A DNA stretch of 50,940 nt. Origin: an uncultured Chitinophagales bacterium. GTDB lineage: Bacteria > Bacteroidota > Bacteroidia > Chitinophagales > BACL12. Shown piece by piece: positions 1 to 9,654 of the stretch. The translations under genes and the position numbers were made by a program. Numbering within the stretch: the stretch's first letter is position 1; each line of letters opens with the position of its first letter. The notes under the pieces were generated by a model. That model ran no database searches, was not told the DNA's origin, and was given only the letters and a program-made list of their open reading frames with translations. The DNA is taken from NCBI GenBank assembly GCA_964638865.1, contig CAZXBG010000006.1, forward strand, positions 1 to 50,940. Reading direction: 5' to 3'.

Positions 1-77
1 TGTGTGTTTATAATGCGTATCTCATTTTATTTTTATTTGCATGGTTATGTTTAAATTACAATTTACATTATATTTTT

Positions 78-95
78 CTTTGCGCCTTTGCGTGA
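78..95 (+). repeat. Short octamer tandem (CTTTGCGC-CTTTGCGT-GA) downstream of the Omp85-like gene
   Basis: ctttgcgcctttgcgtga in AT-rich intergenic DNA. It resembles one arm of a small dispersed repeat, but no partner arm is visible in the window. Confidence 0.3.
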
Positions 96-139
96 CATTA
101 TTTTTTTTCGCGTTCTTGCCGAATTTCCGGCTACCAATT

Positions 140-3100
140 TTAAAAATCAAGACTCAAAGAAAAATACCACTTAGGGTCTCCCAAACTATAAGACTCGATT
201 GCCTGAGCGCGGTCAACACGAATAAAATATCCGAAGAGAGTGGTTCTTATTCCTAGTCCGGTTCCCATCACAACAGGGTCGCGGAAATAATTTACATCTA
301 CTGTAATTGGTGGTTGAGATATTATAACATTATTATATGGATTATCTTCCTCAAAAGGAGATAAACCCTGCCATGCAGATCCGATATCATAAAATCCAAT
401 GATCTCAAAATTTTTCAAAAATTCTGTTTTGATCGGTTTGTTAAAAATATAGGAGAAAATTGGGAATCGCAATTCCGAATTAAATACAGCATAACTATTT
501 CCGTTACGTGTATTTTGATCGTAACCACGCAAGTTGGTTGCAAGCGTTTGAAAAGCATATCCTGCATTCTGATCAATTTCAATATTCTGATTAAATACCG
601 GTGCAATCCAACTGTCGACACCTCCCAAATAATAAATTAATTTTTGTGTTCCAAAGGAAGTTCCGCCCGCTAAACGATTGGCCCAAATAATTTGACGATG
701 CACTTTTTGATAATGACGGAAATCAAATCCTATAACGCCTAAATATCCATCAAACAAACTCACTTTCAACCCCTGCGAAGTATTTACTTCAAATTGTTTA
801 TGCATTTCAAACCAAACTTTATAACGCAAACCATTTAAAATATTTGTCATAATTGGATAGGTATTATCATGCACATATTCCAATTTTAAAGAAAGCCAGT
901 CCTCTTTATAATTTGGTAAATTAAGACTGAAAGTATCGTTTCCTAAAAATATTATTTTTTCTCCGCGATAGGATAAACTTCCGCGAACTGATCTTATCAC
1001 ATCAAAAGGCCATTTAAGAGAACCTTCCACTATATTTGATTTTATCCCCGCATCAACCAAAGGATACCATTGTGGTTGGAAGGTATATTGTGCTTCTTCG
1101 GTTTGATAATACCAGGTAACTTTTTTGTCGAGTCTTCTTTTCAGATCCGCATACGATAAATAATATTCACCACCGGAAAAGGAAGTTGGAAAACGTATTC
1201 CGCCTGTAAAACGATAATCTTCAAACAGATCGCTAATGCTAACAGTAAATAATGCACTTAAGTTAGGAGTGGAATAAACTCCACCGGTTGTATTAAAACT
1301 TTCGTATTTATTTACAAATAAACTATTGTCGAGCTGGCTGGTAACATATTCGCTGGAGAATTTAATTCGGTAAGGAATAATTCTGGAGGACCGGAATTTG
1401 GTTCCGGTATTAATATTTTGTTGATCAGGATTATCTGATTGCCCGAGTGAAACAGCATTTGTAATTTCTCCGTCAACTGCATATTCCGGTTCGGGGAAAT
1501 CACTTTGAAAATACATGCCTTCGTCAATTTCCTTTTTAACAGTATCGGTGCTTGTAATAATGGTCTCTGTTTTTACTTGTGTGTTGCTGTCTACAACACT
1601 TATTTTGGTAATAACATCATCATCCTTCTTTTTTAAATTAATAAAGTTGCGGAAAGTGGTATTTTTTAATGTGTTGTTTTTTACTTCACTCATGTCAGTA
1701 GGAGCATTGGTGAGATAAAACATGTTATTTTTTCCGCGTTGAAAAACATCCACTACCTTTCCTGTTTTCCATAAAACATCGTGTTCTATAATATTACTTG
1801 CAAAATTGGTGACAGGAAATATATAGGCTGTATCTCTGTAAATATCTGCAAGCGTTACAGAATCGTATTTAATAAATGTGGTAAAATCGTTGTAGTCGTA
1901 AATGGGATTAGTTGTAATGGAATCACGGTAATGCACCAATGTGTCTGTGTGGTCATACAAGCTGTCGAGATAACCTGCAAATCTGTTTACAATACCATTT
2001 TGATCACTTAGATAAGCGAAATGTTTTTCATCGAATTGGAGAGGATCTTTTTCACTTATTTTTTTGGAATGCGTAATTTTTACGAGGTCTTTTGATTTGT
2101 GATTATAATCGTAATAATAAAGATCCATGTTGCCAACCGGTAAAATGGAGTCGATAGATTTTGTGGTAAAGATGGTGTCCTTGTCGCGGTTAGAGGCAAA
2201 AATAATCCCTTCATATCCATTGTTGAGTTGCACGTAACAAGGATTTAGGTCATCGTAATAATCGTTGGTGAGCTGCTCTACCCGATCGTTGGTGAGATGA
2301 TACATGTAAATGTCGCTCTGACCATTGTTCATCACACTCATCACCAATCTGTTACTCATTTTTGCAAAGGATACATCCAGAATTTTTTGAAAACGTGTTA
2401 ATTCTTTAGTTTCTTTTTTCTTATCCTCAACATTATAAGTAGTTACATAATTTTTATAACGTTTTTCATAAACAATGGCTAATTTTTTCCCGTCGGGACT
2501 CCAGCTTATTAATGGATTGCTTAAATCGGTAGCAAGGGTTCTTGTTTTTAATCCGCCGCGTTTTACTTTATGTGCTTCTTTTGAATCGATTTCCTGAATG
2601 TATACTTTAAATTTTCCAAAATCATCTACCGCATAGGCAATATGTTTTCCATCAGGACTTATCGACAACTGATGATAATTAACATGTTTTTTTGTTTTGC
2701 GCGGTATAAGATTTTCGTCGGTAAGCTGATTTTTTTCCAGAGCTTCCTTTTGATATTTACTTAAAAAATAACTGTACCAATCATCAATGGTGCTATTCAC
2801 ACCTTCCCCCAAAACAAATAAAAACCCATTTTCGAGCGAACGGTTTATTCTTATGAGATATAATAAATTCGGAATTGTTGCTTCGCCATAATTTTCTGCA
2901 ATATAATACCACAGTGCATGGCCTGCAAAACGCGCATCTTCCCCGGTAAGTTTATTAAATTTTTTATACTTACCACTTAATATTCCTTCGCGCAATTGAT
3001 TGTCGAGTTCTGAATTCCATTCTTCACCAATATAGGAAACCAAACCTTCGGTGAACCATTCCGGTAAATTAAGTAACACGGCATTTTGTACGATCTCCTG

Positions 3101-3583
3101 CAAATTACCACCGAATATCATGGAGTTGATCAATACTTTTCCAACGCCTTCGCGAATTTGTTTTCTGAGATGTTGGTGATTGCCATCAAAATATACAAAT
3201 ATTTTATTGCCTATAATCTTTGTTTCTCCCCCAATATTATATTGTTCTTCTTTTCCAACTGCAAAATTGCTTTGGTTGTAGTCGGAAATATTATTGTAGA
3301 TGATGATCTCCGGTTTGCCATTGAGTTTATAATCTAGCAGATCTTCAATTTCTATCAGATCAGCTTCGGCAATTTGCGCTGCAAATTTTCCGAGATTAAG
3401 TCCACCCTGATTAAAATAAACCAAAAAGTGCTCGCCTTCATAAAACTGCCAGGTAAATAATTTGTATTGCACACGATTTTGCCCGAACTGAATTTGAGTA
3501 CCCTGTCCGAAAGACACAGCTCCGCAAAGCAGCAATGCGGCAAATAGTAATGTTTTTAATCTTTTTAACGCGTAAACTTTCAT
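140..3583 (-). CDS. Omp85/BamA-superfamily outer-membrane protein with an N-terminal gluzincin-like domain and a TolB/PD40 beta-propeller
   Basis: A signal peptide follows ATG 3583 (MKVYALKRLKTLLFAALLLCGAVSFG). Other motifs: FGQNRVQY; LPEWFTEGL; PD40-type SISPDGKHIAY and SWSPDGKKLA; a C-terminal barrel with LRGY, FYDIGSAW and terminal FSLSLDF. The ORF track start at 3625 is probably too long. Confidence 0.75.
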   Translation of the reverse strand: MKVYALKRLKTLLFAALLLCGAVSFGQGTQIQFGQNRVQYKLFTWQFYEGEHFLVYFNQGGLNLGKFAAQIAEADLIEIEDLLDYKLNGKPEIIIYNNISDYNQSNFAVGKEEQYNIGGETKIIGNKIFVYFDGNHQHLRKQIREGVGKVLINSMIFGGNLQEIVQNAVLLNLPEWFTEGLVSYIGEEWNSELDNQLREGILSGKYKKFNKLTGEDARFAGHALWYYIAENYGEATIPNLLYLIRINRSLENGFLFVLGEGVNSTIDDWYSYFLSKYQKEALEKNQLTDENLIPRKTKKHVNYHQLSISPDGKHIAYAVDDFGKFKVYIQEIDSKEAHKVKRGGLKTRTLATDLSNPLISWSPDGKKLAIVYEKRYKNYVTTYNVEDKKKETKELTRFQKILDVSFAKMSNRLVMSVMNNGQSDIYMYHLTNDRVEQLTNDYYDDLNPCYVQLNNGYEGIIFASNRDKDTIFTTKSIDSILPVGNMDLYYYDYNHKSKDLVKITHSKKISEKDPLQFDEKHFAYLSDQNGIVNRFAGYLDSLYDHTDTLVHYRDSITTNPIYDYNDFTTFIKYDSVTLADIYRDTAYIFPVTNFASNIIEHDVLWKTGKVVDVFQRGKNNMFYLTNAPTDMSEVKNNTLKNTTFRNFINLKKKDDDVITKISVVDSNTQVKTETIITSTDTVKKEIDEGMYFQSDFPEPEYAVDGEITNAVSLGQSDNPDQQNINTGTKFRSSRIIPYRIKFSSEYVTSQLDNSLFVNKYESFNTTGGVYSTPNLSALFTVSISDLFEDYRFTGGIRFPTSFSGGEYYLSYADLKRRLDKKVTWYYQTEEAQYTFQPQWYPLVDAGIKSNIVEGSLKWPFDVIRSVRGSLSYRGEKIIFLGNDTFSLNLPNYKEDWLSLKLEYVHDNTYPIMTNILNGLRYKVWFEMHKQFEVNTSQGLKVSLFDGYLGVIGFDFRHYQKVHRQIIWANRLAGGTSFGTQKLIYYLGGVDSWIAPVFNQNIEIDQNAGYAFQTLATNLRGYDQNTRNGNSYAVFNSELRFPIFSYIFNKPIKTEFLKNFEIIGFYDIGSAWQGLSPFEEDNPYNNVIISQPPITVDVNYFRDPVVMGTGLGIRTTLFGYFIRVDRAQAIESYSLGDPKWYFSLSLDF

Positions 3584-3614
3584 CCTTCTGTCCTCTTCAC
3601 CCTTGCAAAATACG

Positions 3615-3622
3615 TAGTTTTG
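3615..3622 (+). promoter_or_regulatory. Bacteroidota -7 promoter element for the MBL-fold gene
   Basis: TAGTTTTG matches TAnnTTTG, about 50 nt upstream of ATG 3672. Confidence 0.45.
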
Positions 3623-3671
3623 CAATAAAGTTCAAGGTTTCCTTTAAATTTTACAAAATAACGATATTCTC

Positions 3672-4319
3672 ATGGCTCAAATTGTTTCTTTCACTTTTAA
3701 TCCATTTTACGAAAATACCTATATTATATACGACGAAACTGGTGAATGTGTTGTGATTGATCCCGGATGTTACACAAAAAAGGAGCAGTTGGCACTCAGC
3801 ACCTTTATTTCGGAAAACAAGCTCACGCCGGTTTTTCTCCTCAATACACATTGCCATATCGACCATGTTTTAGGTAACAAATATGTTGCCGAGACTTATA
3901 ATTTGCCATTTTTAATGCCTGAAGGCGAACAAATTGTGCTGGATGAGGTGGTAAATTACGCTCCATCGATGGGTATGAACTACCAAAAGTCGCCTGATCC
4001 TGAAACTTTTGTGGTGGAAGGCGTAGATATAACCTTTGGAAATACTGTTTTGAAAGTAATTTCTGCCCCGGGCCATTCTCCCGATAGTGTATGTTTTTAT
4101 TGCGAAAAGGATAAGTTCATATCCAGTGGGGATGTTCTTTTTTATGATTCAATAGGTAGAACCGATCTTCCCGGAGGCAATTACCAAACCCTGATGGAAT
4201 CCATCAAAAATAAACTGATGGTTTTACCGGATGATGTAAAGGTATATGCCGGGCACATGCAATCGACAACAATAGGAAGGGAGCGGAAATTGAATCCGTT
4301 TTTGAATGAAAAGTACTAA
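3672..4319 (+). CDS. MBL-fold metallo-hydrolase (glyoxalase II/YcbL-like)
   Basis: THCHIDH (HxHxDH), PGHSPD, SGDVLF, GRTDLPGG and C-terminal ERKLNPFL. Confidence 0.9.
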   Translation: MAQIVSFTFNPFYENTYIIYDETGECVVIDPGCYTKKEQLALSTFISENKLTPVFLLNTHCHIDHVLGNKYVAETYNLPFLMPEGEQIVLDEVVNYAPSMGMNYQKSPDPETFVVEGVDITFGNTVLKVISAPGHSPDSVCFYCEKDKFISSGDVLFYDSIGRTDLPGGNYQTLMESIKNKLMVLPDDVKVYAGHMQSTTIGRERKLNPFLNEKY

Positions 4320-4340
4320 TTGAATTACATGACTGGAACA

Positions 4341-4378
4341 GTCATTGCGAGAAATTACGAAGTAATTTCGAAGCAATC
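4341..4378. repeat. REP-like palindromic element (GTCATTGCGAG...CGAAGCAATC type) between convergent genes
   Basis: gtcattgcga-gaaattac-gaa-gtaatttc-gaagcaatc: an inner 8-bp stem plus outer ATTGC/GCAAT arms. Confidence 0.6.
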
Positions 4379-4409
4379 ACCACAATGTTACCTGCACCAT
4401 CAATATAAA

Positions 4410-5327
4410 CTACAACTTAACGATTTTTTGAGAAAAACACCCTTTTGGAGTTGTTAGTTGAATAAAATAATTTCCTGCAGCAATATCTCTAATATCTAAA
4501 TTTATAAAATCAGAACCAACTATATCCTTAATTTTTCTTCCATCAATATTAAACAAGGAGAGACTGCAGTCTCTATTATAGTTATTAATTTTTATGTTTA
4601 ATTGATCTACTACAGGATTTGGGAAAGTAGAAATTGGAGAAATATCGCCGGTATTTTCTGAAATACCTGTAACTACAACAGGGTCATAAACAAATGAATT
4701 TGTATTTGCAGGAGTTATCCAATACACAAATAAACTTCTGTAAGTTAACGGTGACATTATATGATAATATTCCTGGGTAACAGTTGCATCAGTAGTTTCT
4801 TTAACATGTATCAATGTCATATCAGTATAATTGCCATCATCTGTTATTAAAGTTCCATATCCGAGATATTCCCGAAGTGAAACAGATTCCGGATATCCAA
4901 CATATTGATATGTATCAGTTTTGGAATTTAAATAATCAAATGGAAGATCATAATAAGTGGAAGGGTTGCTCAATACTGTGGATGTGCCACCTGAATTCCT
5001 TCCAAGGAATGTATATTCGTCGTCATTAAATATATAATAATTTATAAATGTTTCAGACAGTTTTAATTTGAGGGTTGCATCGGGAAAATCTGCATCAAAA
5101 TCTGTAGTTTCCGCAACTTCAAAATATATCGGACCAGATTCTATAAAACTAAAGGTGGAATAATCCCAGATTTTATTTTCACCAGACTCGGGCAAGGGTA
5201 TGACCTCATCAAAATCGTATTTGGTCAAATTTACCGGAGATTCAAAATCGGAAACAAATTCCAATTGAGGCTGACTCTTAACGGAAATTGAAATCATAAG
5301 TAGAATGAGAATGGAAATTATTTTCAT
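4410..5327 (-). CDS. Secreted protein with a T9SS type A C-terminal sorting domain
   Basis: Signal peptide; C-terminal ISTFPNPVVDQLNI...LFNIDGRKI...AAGNYFIQL...KIVKL. Confidence 0.85.
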   Translation of the reverse strand: MKIISILILLMISISVKSQPQLEFVSDFESPVNLTKYDFDEVIPLPESGENKIWDYSTFSFIESGPIYFEVAETTDFDADFPDATLKLKLSETFINYYIFNDDEYTFLGRNSGGTSTVLSNPSTYYDLPFDYLNSKTDTYQYVGYPESVSLREYLGYGTLITDDGNYTDMTLIHVKETTDATVTQEYYHIMSPLTYRSLFVYWITPANTNSFVYDPVVVTGISENTGDISPISTFPNPVVDQLNIKINNYNRDCSLSLFNIDGRKIKDIVGSDFINLDIRDIAAGNYFIQLTTPKGCFSQKIVKL

Positions 5328-5361
5328 AAATATGTATTTTAGGGTTAATAATTAATCAAAA

Positions 5362-6855
5362 TTAAAGATTAATATTTAATTCTTTAATAAAAAGGATACT
5401 TTTCGCAATATCCTCATGCAAATACCGGTCAAAATCATTAAAAGAAATTACCTTTCTATATTCAGAAAAGAGATTTTCAATAGTTGGAGATGATTTTGCA
5501 GGCCGCCTGAACTCAAATGCCTGTGCGGCTGTGAGCAATTCGATAGCCAGAATTTTTTCCAGATTTTCTGCTACACGCAAACATTTTGTTGCTGCATTAG
5601 CGCCCATGCTTACGTGATCTTCCTGTTCGTTGCAACTGGAAATAGAATCTACACTTGCCGGTGTGCACAATTGTTTGTTTTGTGAAACAATACTCGCTGC
5701 AACATATTGTGGAATCATTAATCCGGAGTTTAATCCGGGATTAGGCGTGAGAAATTCGGGTAATTTTCTTGCGCCGGATAACATTCGGTAAATTCTTCTT
5801 TCTGAAATATTTCCTAATTCACTTAATGCGATCGCCAAAAAATCTAAACTAAGTGCAAGCGGTTCACCGTGAAAATTACCTCCGCTTAAAATTGCATCAT
5901 CTTCTGCAAATACATTGGGATTGTCGGTAACTCCGTTTATTTCTCTTGTAACAATTTCTTTTACATATTCGATTACGTCCTTACATGCTCCATGTACTTG
6001 CGGTATACATCTGAATGAATAGGGATCCTGCACTTGTTCTTTTTGTGCAAAAAAAGTTTCACTTCCTTTTAATATTTCCAGAATATTTTCCGTAGTTTTT
6101 ATTTGCCCTTTTTGATTTCTTATTTTGTGAATACGTACATCAAAGGGTTCTGCTTTGCAATCCCACGATTCTAAACTTAAACAGGCGATTAAATCAGATA
6201 ATTTTGAAATGCGATCGGCCATCATTAAACATTTAACCGCATGTGCACTCATAAATTGAGTGCCGTTCAATAAGGCAAGTCCTTCTTTGGAACCTAATCG
6301 TATTGGAGCTAAATTAAAATCGTCTAAAACAGTTTTTGCAGATTTAACTTCCCCAGCCTGTTTCATTTCCCCTTCACCAATTAATGCCATACTCATGTGC
6401 GATAAAGGACAAAGATCTCCGCTTGCACCGAGTGAACCCTGTTCGTAAATAACAGGTAAAATATCCATATTAAAAAAATCGATCAAACGCCAAACAGTAT
6501 CAACACTCACTCCTGAATTTCCATAACTGAGGGATTGAACTTTTAATAATAATAATATTTTATTTACTTCATCATCAATCACATCTCCAACACCACATGC
6601 ATGACTTCTAATGAGATTATATTGAAGTTGTTCAATATCCTCATCCGAAATTTTTACTTTACACAATGAGCCGAAACCGGTATTTACCCCATAAACAGGT
6701 TCTTCGCGCTCCTGTAATTTTTTATCGAGGTAGGTTCTGCATTTTTGAATGGCATTTCTAACATCATCCGTTAAGGCCAATTTTGTTTTTTGGCGGAGGA
6801 TGTTGTTGATGGTTTCAATAGTTAATGGTTCAGACCCGATATGATAAGTATCCAT
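5362..6855 (-). CDS. hutH: Histidine ammonia-lyase
   Basis: MIO-forming GSLGASGDL, VYGVNTGFG, NLIRSHACG (HAL-type SH), QDPYSFRC, GGNFHG and QEDHVSMG. ATG 6855 is the likely start. Confidence 0.95.
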   Translation of the reverse strand: MDTYHIGSEPLTIETINNILRQKTKLALTDDVRNAIQKCRTYLDKKLQEREEPVYGVNTGFGSLCKVKISDEDIEQLQYNLIRSHACGVGDVIDDEVNKILLLLKVQSLSYGNSGVSVDTVWRLIDFFNMDILPVIYEQGSLGASGDLCPLSHMSMALIGEGEMKQAGEVKSAKTVLDDFNLAPIRLGSKEGLALLNGTQFMSAHAVKCLMMADRISKLSDLIACLSLESWDCKAEPFDVRIHKIRNQKGQIKTTENILEILKGSETFFAQKEQVQDPYSFRCIPQVHGACKDVIEYVKEIVTREINGVTDNPNVFAEDDAILSGGNFHGEPLALSLDFLAIALSELGNISERRIYRMLSGARKLPEFLTPNPGLNSGLMIPQYVAASIVSQNKQLCTPASVDSISSCNEQEDHVSMGANAATKCLRVAENLEKILAIELLTAAQAFEFRRPAKSSPTIENLFSEYRKVISFNDFDRYLHEDIAKSILFIKELNINL

Positions 6856-6873
6856 AATTATTTGTTTCAGCGA

Positions 6874-6893
6874 CAAATTTAAATTTAAATTTG
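6874..6893. promoter_or_regulatory. Back-to-back divergent -7 elements (hutH and ABC operon) forming a perfect 20-bp palindrome
   Basis: CAAATTTAAATTTAAATTTG gives TAAATTTG on the - strand (6874-6881) and on the + strand (6886-6893). Confidence 0.6.
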
Positions 6894-6897
6894 CAAG

Positions 6898-7806
6898 ATG
6901 CAGGATATAATGACCTTTAAAGGGATAAACAAAAGTTTTGGGGAAGTACAGGCTTTAAAGGATATTACTTTTTCTATACCTGCGAATTCCATTTTTGGGT
7001 TGTTGGGACCAAATGGAGCAGGAAAAACCACACTGATACGCATTATTACTAAAATATTTGCTGCTGATTCAGGACAAATTCAATTTGCAGGGGAAAATAT
7101 GAAGAGCAGTGATTATTCTCAAATTGGGTATATGCCGGAGGAAAAGGGCATGTATAAAAAGATGAAGGTTGGCGAGCACCTCATTTATTTGGGGCGATTA
7201 AAGGGATTGACGAAAGTTAAAGCCAAGGAAAGGTCCGAGTATTGGCTCCACAAACTCAATGCTTCCGATTGGTGGAATAAAAAACTGGAAGACCTTTCGA
7301 AGGGAATGCAACAAAAAACACAATTTATTGCTACGGTTTTGCATGACCCGAAATTATTGATACTGGATGAACCCTTTTCAGGTTTGGATCCTTTGAATGC
7401 AGAATTGATCAAAAATGAAATTTATAATCTGCATAAACAGGGAGTGACTATTATTTTTTCAACACACAGAATGGAACAGGTTGAAGAAATATGTAAAAAT
7501 ATTGTTTTGATAAATAAAGGAAATAAAGTGATTGACGGAGAGGTTGCAAACATCAAAAACCGATTTAAAGAAAATAAATATAAAATAGAATTTACCGGAG
7601 TTCCGGTATTAATAGCAAATGAAGCTTTTGACATTTTGGAGCAGAACGAAAATAGCATGACGGTTAAATTAAATGGAGATACTTCGAGAAATAGTTTATT
7701 GCAAAACTTTATTCAGCAAAATGTGGAGATCAATTTATTTCAGGAGATATTGCCTTCCCTTAACGAAATATTTATTCATCTTGTAAATGATGCTAATCAT
7801 GCATAA
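6898..7806 (+). CDS. ABC-2-type exporter ATP-binding subunit (NatA/YhaQ-like)
   Basis: Walker A GPNGAGKTT, signature LSKGMQQK, Walker B LLILDEPFSGLDP and H-loop STH. Confidence 0.92.
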   Translation: MQDIMTFKGINKSFGEVQALKDITFSIPANSIFGLLGPNGAGKTTLIRIITKIFAADSGQIQFAGENMKSSDYSQIGYMPEEKGMYKKMKVGEHLIYLGRLKGLTKVKAKERSEYWLHKLNASDWWNKKLEDLSKGMQQKTQFIATVLHDPKLLILDEPFSGLDPLNAELIKNEIYNLHKQGVTIIFSTHRMEQVEEICKNIVLINKGNKVIDGEVANIKNRFKENKYKIEFTGVPVLIANEAFDILEQNENSMTVKLNGDTSRNSLLQNFIQQNVEINLFQEILPSLNEIFIHLVNDANHA

Positions 7807-9100
7807 AACCTGGCTGATCATTAGTCGTGAATATATCACACGAGTTCGCAAAAAGTCATTTATTATTTTTACCTTATTAGGGCCATTGCTTTTTCTTGGC
7901 ATCAGTATTTTGCCAATAATTATTGCAACTGCAAATAAGGGATCTCAAAATATATTAGTGAAGGATGATTCCGGTTTAATTACAGCATTGCCCGATACAG
8001 CCGGATTATATTTTAACTTTAAATATAATACCCAGCCACTTGAAGAGTTAAAAACAAAATTTAATTCGTTGGATGACGGATATGATGCCCTGCTTTATAT
8101 TCCGATGATGTTACCTGATGCACCTTACGGCATTGAAATTTACAGCAGCGATCAAATGAGTTTAACTACTCGATTGTATATTGAGAGTATAATTGCAGAT
8201 AAACTGGAAGAAATTAATTTAAAAAATCAGAATCTAAACAAACAACAAATATTAAAATTGCGACCTAAGGTTACCATTGATGATAAGGTTACCTCAGGTG
8301 AGATTCAAAAGGAAGGAGATGCTGTGGTGGCGAGTTTTTTCGGATATGCAATGGGATTTATTATTTATATTGTTTTGTTGATATACGGCACTATGGTGAT
8401 GCGCGGAGTAATGGAAGAAAAAACCTCGCGTATTATAGAAGTTATAATTAGTAGTGTAAAACCCTTCCAACTAATGATGGGAAAAATATTGGGAATTGGA
8501 TTGGTAGGATTGACTCAATTTGTTGCCTGGGGATTTTTGATAACGATTTTAAATATTATTTTGGGAGGAGTTTTCGGAAGTCAATTGGCAGAAATGCAGA
8601 ATGTTTCTGCTGCTCAGGGTGGAGATGCCGATATGTTAGTGATAACACAAGCCTATGAAAGTTTAAGCGCACATCCGATTTATTATTATTTATTAATATT
8701 TCTTACTTATTTTTTAGGAGGATATTTTATTTATGCCGCCCTGTTTGCAGCAATCGGTTCACTTGCAGGGGATGATGATACTGATGTGCAGATGTACGCC
8801 ATGCCGGTTACTTTATTAATTCTCGCCTCTATTTTTATTATGATGAGTGTGGTGCAACAACCGCATACGCCTCTTGCATTTTGGGCGTCTATTATACCAT
8901 TTACTTCGCCGGTTGTAATGCCTGCATTGGTGCCATTTGGTGTGCCAACCTGGCAAATAATTTTAAGTATAGGTATGTTGATTGGAGGATTTATTTTCAC
9001 CACCTTTATTGCATCCAGAATTTACCGAACCGGAATATTGATGTATGGAAAAAAGATAAAATTCAGGGAGGTTATTAAGTGGATGTTTTATAAGGGATAA
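7799..9100 (+). CDS. ABC-2-type exporter permease (NatB/YhaP-like)
   Basis: REYITRVRKKSF, GVMEEKTSRIIE, LMMGKILG and RIYRTGILMYGK; multiple TM segments; overlaps the ATPase stop codon. Confidence 0.9.
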   Translation: MHKTWLIISREYITRVRKKSFIIFTLLGPLLFLGISILPIIIATANKGSQNILVKDDSGLITALPDTAGLYFNFKYNTQPLEELKTKFNSLDDGYDALLYIPMMLPDAPYGIEIYSSDQMSLTTRLYIESIIADKLEEINLKNQNLNKQQILKLRPKVTIDDKVTSGEIQKEGDAVVASFFGYAMGFIIYIVLLIYGTMVMRGVMEEKTSRIIEVIISSVKPFQLMMGKILGIGLVGLTQFVAWGFLITILNIILGGVFGSQLAEMQNVSAAQGGDADMLVITQAYESLSAHPIYYYLLIFLTYFLGGYFIYAALFAAIGSLAGDDDTDVQMYAMPVTLLILASIFIMMSVVQQPHTPLAFWASIIPFTSPVVMPALVPFGVPTWQIILSIGMLIGGFIFTTFIASRIYRTGILMYGKKIKFREVIKWMFYKG

Positions 9101-9106
9101 TAAAAA

Positions 9107-9134
9107 AATAAAAGCCCCCGTAGGAGCTTTTATT
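9107..9134. terminator. Probable bidirectional intrinsic terminator
   Basis: aataaaagc-ccccgtagga-gcttttatt hairpin with A/T tracts between convergent genes. Confidence 0.65.
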
Positions 9135-9183
9135 ATATATATCTAGAATAATAAAATGTATTGAATTGTAAACAACAGTTTAA

Positions 9184-9471
9184 TTATTTCTTATTATCAT
9201 CCTTCACTTCTAAATCAATTTTATTATCACCATCTTCCACTTTAATACTACCGCCTTTTTTGTTCAGGTCAATTTCAACATTGGATCCTTCTTTTGATTC
9301 AACTTCTACTTTGCCTTTATTACCGTCTTCAATTATAATGGTAGTGCCATTATCATCAGCATTTGGTGTTGTTTGTACTTCAGTTTCAACCGGTTCATCG
9401 GCTTTGTTTCCGCAAGCAGAAAATGTTAAAAGAGCTATTGCAAAAACAAGAATTCGGAAATTGGAAAACAT
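9184..9471 (-). CDS. Small acidic lipoprotein of unknown function
   Basis: Lipobox FSAC after a hydrophobic stretch; low-complexity D/E/K-rich mature region. Confidence 0.75.
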   Translation of the reverse strand: MFSNFRILVFAIALLTFSACGNKADEPVETEVQTTPNADDNGTTIIIEDGNKGKVEVESKEGSNVEIDLNKKGGSIKVEDGDNKIDLEVKDDNKK

Positions 9472-9654
9472 TATTATTTTATTTGGTTAGATCTATATAG
9501 TTCAAATTTCATGCGCAAAAACTAATTTGACAGAAATGCACTATTTAATGAGGTCTGAGACGATTGGCAATAGTTGGTTTTGGAAATGGAATCTAGAAAT
9601 AATATAAAAGTGGTAACAAATTGGGAAAGGTTTTCCCCAGATGTAGCAACTTCG

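Noticed and set aside
5362-6855. Stand-alone ammonia-lyase as a PAL/TAL of secondary metabolism
   Set aside because: The specificity motif is the HAL-type Ser-His, and hut genes are often dispersed in Bacteroidota.
9161-9490. 109-aa + strand ORF and the other short ORFs overlapping long genes in the ORF track
   Set aside because: These are antisense or alternate-frame shadows with no family motifs. Here the - strand ORF has a clear lipoprotein signal.
9501-9517. Sigma-54-like motif upstream of the small lipoprotein (- strand TGCGCATGAAATTTGAA)
   Set aside because: It lacks the invariant GG dinucleotide, so it is too weak to report.
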